From a virus (taxonomy: Duplodnaviria > Heunggongvirae > Uroviricota > Caudoviricetes): a stretch of DNA of 64,000 nucleotides. The position numbers and the translations under genes are program-made. Shown in pieces: positions 59,952 to 64,000 of this stretch. Where the stretch lies: positions 101,318 to 165,317 of IMG/VR virus record IMGVR_UViG_3300014208_000001; one strand, given 5' to 3'. Numbering within the stretch: position 1 is the first letter of the stretch; every line of letters starts with the position of its first letter. The notes beneath the pieces are model-generated. The model had not been told where the DNA came from, ran no database searches, and was given only the letters and a program-made list of their open reading frames with translations.

Positions 59952-60503
59952 TTAATATATGATCGATGAAAATATTGAGAATATTGAGATAATGATACAT
60001 ATTATTACTATTAATATTTTATGACAATCAGATAACTTACTAAAGTAACACAACAATTTATCAAATAGTAACTTAAAAATTACATATATATCACAATAAA
60101 AGCAATAAAATGGATTAGCATATATCTCAGTCATTTTTACCGCATCATTGATATTATCCATTAATTTATTATATTCTTCTTTAGTGGTCGGTTCACTCTT
60201 AGTGTACCATTTGAGGTCATTTCTGTAATCTTCAAAGTCTTTCCTACATTTATTACTTATCATAGCGCAATTCGAAAGTATCTTATCAGATAATTCGAAT
60301 ATTTTATTTACTTTCAATTGGTCTACTGATGTTCGATCAATAGATCTATATAAATCATCGATTATTTGAATATCTCTTCTGATTTCAAGAATTATTTCAT
60401 ATTTTTTATGATAGTAATAAAGTATACCAATTATGAAAGCGCCAAATACCTCCGATGATATAATAACATCGATGATCTTCATAATAGCATCAATAATTAT
60501 CAA
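59952..60503 (-). CDS. Membrane-anchored hypothetical protein
   Basis: N- and C-terminal hydrophobic helices. Confidence 0.6.
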   Translation of the reverse strand: MIIIDAIMKIIDVIISSEVFGAFIIGILYYYHKKYEIILEIRRDIQIIDDLYRSIDRTSVDQLKVNKIFELSDKILSNCAMISNKCRKDFEDYRNDLKWYTKSEPTTKEEYNKLMDNINDAVKMTEIYANPFYCFYCDIYVIFKLLFDKLLCYFSKLSDCHKILIVIICIIISIFSIFSSIIY

Positions 60504-62656
60504 CTGTGCTTCCTGTAAACGACAATGGGTTCAAATGTTTTTTCTCTTTTACCAGCGACTGACGCTGTTTTCATCTCTAAAATTTCACCTACATAATACG
60601 AATGCCTTTCAGCTATATCATTACATTGCTTTACAAGCCGCTTAGGAATATTCAAAATTACTAATTTACAACCACTACCAAAAATATTTTCAACAATAGG
60701 AGCAGTTATTGTCTTACTAGAATCTATACCATAATATAATTCAGTGCTGTCATACGGTGGCGATGTAAAAATTAAATCACATTCAGGAAATTTAACCATA
60801 GAAGAATCATCACAATAAAATTCTGGCTCTATCGATACATTATTCTTCATAAATACACGCATATTTTTAATAGAATCAACAGATGATCGATTCAAATCAT
60901 ACCCAATATATTTAATATTAATTAAATCATTAGCACCAAGAAACCTACCACCCCACCCTGAACACGGGTCAACAACTACTCCCCCGTTAGGGAGATATTT
61001 TTGATAAACATGCCTAGCAACCCATGGTTTGAATATTGATATAAATTTAAAATCTTGAACATGTTTAGAAATATATCCAACTAATGTAAAAATATTCATA
61101 ATTTTCTTATTATTCCATAAATAATCAATAGAATCTCGCAATACAGTTTGCCTACCAATTTCCCACGCATCTGGAACAGCACAGTATCCATTATGTTTAG
61201 AATACCAAAAATGTTCAAAAAAATATTTGGTAATAATCGATGGCGCATTATTAGAAATATTAGCATTAAGCGCATCATTACCACATTTAAATAAATTTAA
61301 CATAACATTATATAATTCGATTTTAGTATGTTTAGGTGGCTTAAATCCATACTTTACAATCCATTGATAGCATTCATTAGAATCTTTAAACCACAATTTC
61401 CAATTATCCAAATAATAAATATCATTGTCATTAATATTACGATCCCATTCGCCATTCGGCGTCCACACAATAATATCAACATTATTAGCTTTAGCGACTA
61501 GAAATTGTTTAATCATTCTCCTACGCTCTTTACAATCATTATATAAAACACTTTTCGGTTTTACTTCATAATACTTATTATCTATTAGAAAATCAATGAC
61601 AGCATATGAGTAATTAGAATTCATTTTTATGTTTTTAGATATCGATTTATACTCTCCAAAATTATCAATAAAATATTGTTCTAATAAACTATCTAGTCTA
61701 ATCCCATGCTTTGTGCTCTTAATACCATGCGATCTATCAATTATTAATTGCATATATTCATCTTTAGTTCTAGCCGGAATTTTATGACGTCTAAGATGAT
61801 ATACAACAGTACCCAAAGCGGCATTGGCTAAATCAGCAATATGCCTTAAAGATGCTTTTTGAGTAATATATAAATCATATAATTCATGTTTATTATTTAA
61901 TAGTGGAGATTTAGAACCAACAACCATACCACCTGGTTTATTTATTTTAAATCCAATTCTGCGCAATTTACGCATAATAACAGAATACGGTACACCAGTA
62001 ATCATAGCGATCTTAGAAGGTCTCAACAACTGCACACATAATATATCATATTTGATATCTTTATAAACTACATAATATTTTGATGATAACCCAAATTTTC
62101 TAATGGCACTAGTTACAGTAGAACGCTTAACGCCAAGTTCTATAGCTATTTTACCAGCCGATTTAGTATCTAATTCGATTTCAAGTCTACTTTTGTCATT
62201 CAATAATGACGGCCTGACCGCCTCATCATGAGTTCTAAAAACAATATCTGGCTTGATTCTTTTTAAAAATCTCTTTACATGGGCATGATTAGTGTTATAT
62301 CTATTTGCAATAGAATGAATACCAACACCACTATCATATTCATATAAAACACTATCAGGCAAATCAATATTTGAATTATTAGTAGCAAGTGATATTATAT
62401 TATTCTTTTTAGCAACTTTTGATACAGCAGCTAACGTATGCCCATACTTTCTATGATATTCACTAAATGACATACCATTAGCGACTTCTTCAGCTAATAA
62501 TTTGACATCTATCCTATTTTTAGCTCTTGTCGATGAATACCCTAATTCTTTGGCCAACGTGCTAACTCTAGCTCTGCTTATACCAAGTATATCCTTTATT
62601 TCTTCATGCTTCATATTCTGATCTAATAATTCTTTTAATTTCGCTTTGTCAACCAC
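60500..62656 (-). CDS. Fusion: HTH repeats + PD-(D/E)xK nuclease + amino-methyltransferase
   Basis: Multiple HTHs; LEQYF...DFLIDNKYYEVKP; VVDPCSGWGGR (motif I) and IFTSPPY (motif IV). Confidence 0.8.
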   Translation of the reverse strand: MVDKAKLKELLDQNMKHEEIKDILGISRARVSTLAKELGYSSTRAKNRIDVKLLAEEVANGMSFSEYHRKYGHTLAAVSKVAKKNNIISLATNNSNIDLPDSVLYEYDSGVGIHSIANRYNTNHAHVKRFLKRIKPDIVFRTHDEAVRPSLLNDKSRLEIELDTKSAGKIAIELGVKRSTVTSAIRKFGLSSKYYVVYKDIKYDILCVQLLRPSKIAMITGVPYSVIMRKLRRIGFKINKPGGMVVGSKSPLLNNKHELYDLYITQKASLRHIADLANAALGTVVYHLRRHKIPARTKDEYMQLIIDRSHGIKSTKHGIRLDSLLEQYFIDNFGEYKSISKNIKMNSNYSYAVIDFLIDNKYYEVKPKSVLYNDCKERRRMIKQFLVAKANNVDIIVWTPNGEWDRNINDNDIYYLDNWKLWFKDSNECYQWIVKYGFKPPKHTKIELYNVMLNLFKCGNDALNANISNNAPSIITKYFFEHFWYSKHNGYCAVPDAWEIGRQTVLRDSIDYLWNNKKIMNIFTLVGYISKHVQDFKFISIFKPWVARHVYQKYLPNGGVVVDPCSGWGGRFLGANDLINIKYIGYDLNRSSVDSIKNMRVFMKNNVSIEPEFYCDDSSMVKFPECDLIFTSPPYDSTELYYGIDSSKTITAPIVENIFGSGCKLVILNIPKRLVKQCNDIAERHSYYVGEILEMKTASVAGKREKTFEPIVVYRKHS

Positions 62657-62715
62657 ATTACCTCCAATAAAAGTGTATCACCACAAATACTTTGTTGAAC
62701 GTAATACAATTATAT

Positions 62716-62746
62716 AAAAAGAGACCCCAGATTTCTCTGGGGTCTC
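62716..62746 (-). terminator. Rho-independent terminator after the major capsid gene
   Basis: GAGACCCCAGA/TCTGGGGTCTC 11-bp stem, GAAA loop and T5 tract on the minus strand. Confidence 0.9.
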
Positions 62747-62781
62747 AATTTTCAAACGTCCATCATACGTCCAATAAAATC

Positions 62782-63999
62782 CTAGAGATTGGACACATTG
62801 ATGGTTGCGTAGTACAGTCCACCATCCTCTACTAATTTCTTTCCATAGCGGCACATCACACCCTTATTTGGTGTATGGCTATTAGGATCAAGAATGGTTG
62901 GCGTGCTGAGCAGAGGAATATATGGCGCATAGAAGTAGCCGCTATCCAATGCCTTATTTCCCTTGAAGCCAAGGAGAATCTTGCAATTGGGGAAGAGGGG
63001 ATCCTTGAATATCTTCAGTTTGTTCTGGATAGAACCGACATTCATGATTCCCACATCCATGCCTTCAGTGTTCATGGCATCTGAGGCGCGGAAGTCGTTT
63101 AACTGCTCGAATTTCGAGCAGATATCGCTGGAGGTGACCATCCAGTTAGCAGGACCACGCAATGTGGTTCTGTGGATAATATTGGCGACCTCGAGCACCT
63201 TGAACATCAGTGCAATGTTTCGGTCAGTGAAGTTCACTGATGCCCCAGCGGCTGTTGCAAAGTTGTGGGTAGCACGAATAGCTGACGCGATAATTAGATC
63301 GTTGATAATTTCACGATCGATTTCAGCGACCATTTCGTCAGCTAAGAGGTCCGTGAGGGTCGACTCCACATCGATATTGTGGACGGCCTTCATATCCTGA
63401 GCTGCTTCGAGCGACCAAGCAGTCTTGAGCTTACGAGTAACAGCACCAACCGAGTCACTATCGATGCTTAGCGTGACTTCTGGCTGGAAGGGGTTGGCTT
63501 CCAGATCGTACTCGTAATTAACACGAGCAACTGCACCGGCTGGCAGTGATCCTGCGGAGAGTGTGACTTTCACAATACCGGTTGAGTGTGTGAAAGCTGT
63601 TGCGCCTGCGGTGACTGTGTCGACGTCGATTGTTGCTGTGAATTCGGTGCAGTCACCGATCACGACAACGTCTGGGTCGCCGTTGCTGTCAAAGCTGACG
63701 CGTAGGCAGGGGGTTGGGTTATCGCAATCTGGGAGAGCGTCGGCTTCACTTGGGAAGGCTTCGACGACGACGGTTCCAGCTAGGACGGGGCGGTGGGCGA
63801 GTGTGGCGGTGATTGCGGTGCTTGAACCGTTAATCGTGGCTGATTCGCCTTTGACTTCCTGGCTGGAGTAGTATGGATCGAGTGCCCAGCCGTTTTGCTT
63901 AGCAAAGTTGCGACTGGTGTTTTGGCGCATGATTTGTGTGCCGGCTGTCGTTTGACCCTTGGTCATTGCGTAACGATAGCGGATGTAGAATATCATGCT
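62782..63999 (-). CDS. T4 gp23-like major capsid protein, 5' end outside the window
   Basis: IFYIRYRY; VTRKLKTAWSLEAAQDMKAVHNIDVESTL...EIDREII; YFYAPYIPL; TPNKGVMCRYG. The frame is open to the window edge. Confidence 0.95.
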   Translation of the reverse strand, partial: SMIFYIRYRYAMTKGQTTAGTQIMRQNTSRNFAKQNGWALDPYYSSQEVKGESATINGSSTAITATLAHRPVLAGTVVVEAFPSEADALPDCDNPTPCLRVSFDSNGDPDVVVIGDCTEFTATIDVDTVTAGATAFTHSTGIVKVTLSAGSLPAGAVARVNYEYDLEANPFQPEVTLSIDSDSVGAVTRKLKTAWSLEAAQDMKAVHNIDVESTLTDLLADEMVAEIDREIINDLIIASAIRATHNFATAAGASVNFTDRNIALMFKVLEVANIIHRTTLRGPANWMVTSSDICSKFEQLNDFRASDAMNTEGMDVGIMNVGSIQNKLKIFKDPLFPNCKILLGFKGNKALDSGYFYAPYIPLLSTPTILDPNSHTPNKGVMCRYGKKLVEDGGLYYATINVSNL

Positions 64000-64000
64000 T

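Noticed and set aside
1-64000. Stop-codon reassignment, as seen in some jumbo phages
   Set aside because: Recognisable genes are full length in the standard code, coding density is high, and genes end in TAA, TAG and TGA; no suppressor anticodon was seen.

Overview
AT-rich (roughly 30% GC), densely coding segment of a large T4-related (gp23-type capsid) jumbo phage genome read in the standard genetic code, with most genes on the minus strand. Left part (1-27.6 kb): probable virion and late genes. These include three paralogous fibre-like proteins with collagen/proline-rich linkers, a low-complexity scaffold-like protein, a divergent sigma70-like factor, a glycosyltransferase/sulfotransferase/methyltransferase cluster, a Nal1-like serine protease, and dUTPase plus dTMP kinase next to a nuclease-Mom-like fusion. 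Middle (27.6-43.5 kb): RarA, PLD nuclease, PhoH, tRNA-Ser, an atypical tRNA-like element, a Nudix-dTMP kinase fusion, an HNH endonuclease abutting a tRNA remnant, and a Prs-like/NAMPT-like pair matching the NARP1 NAD+ reconstitution pathway. Right part (43.5-60 kb): small accessory genes dominated by about 20 divergent paralogues of one uncharacterised family, plus ClpP-like, Pth2 and metallophosphoesterase genes and a ~450 bp GC-rich foreign insert. The window ends with an HTH-nuclease-methyltransferase fusion and the 3' part of the major capsid gene. No CRISPR array was seen. All functional calls come from motif recognition by eye; no searches were run.
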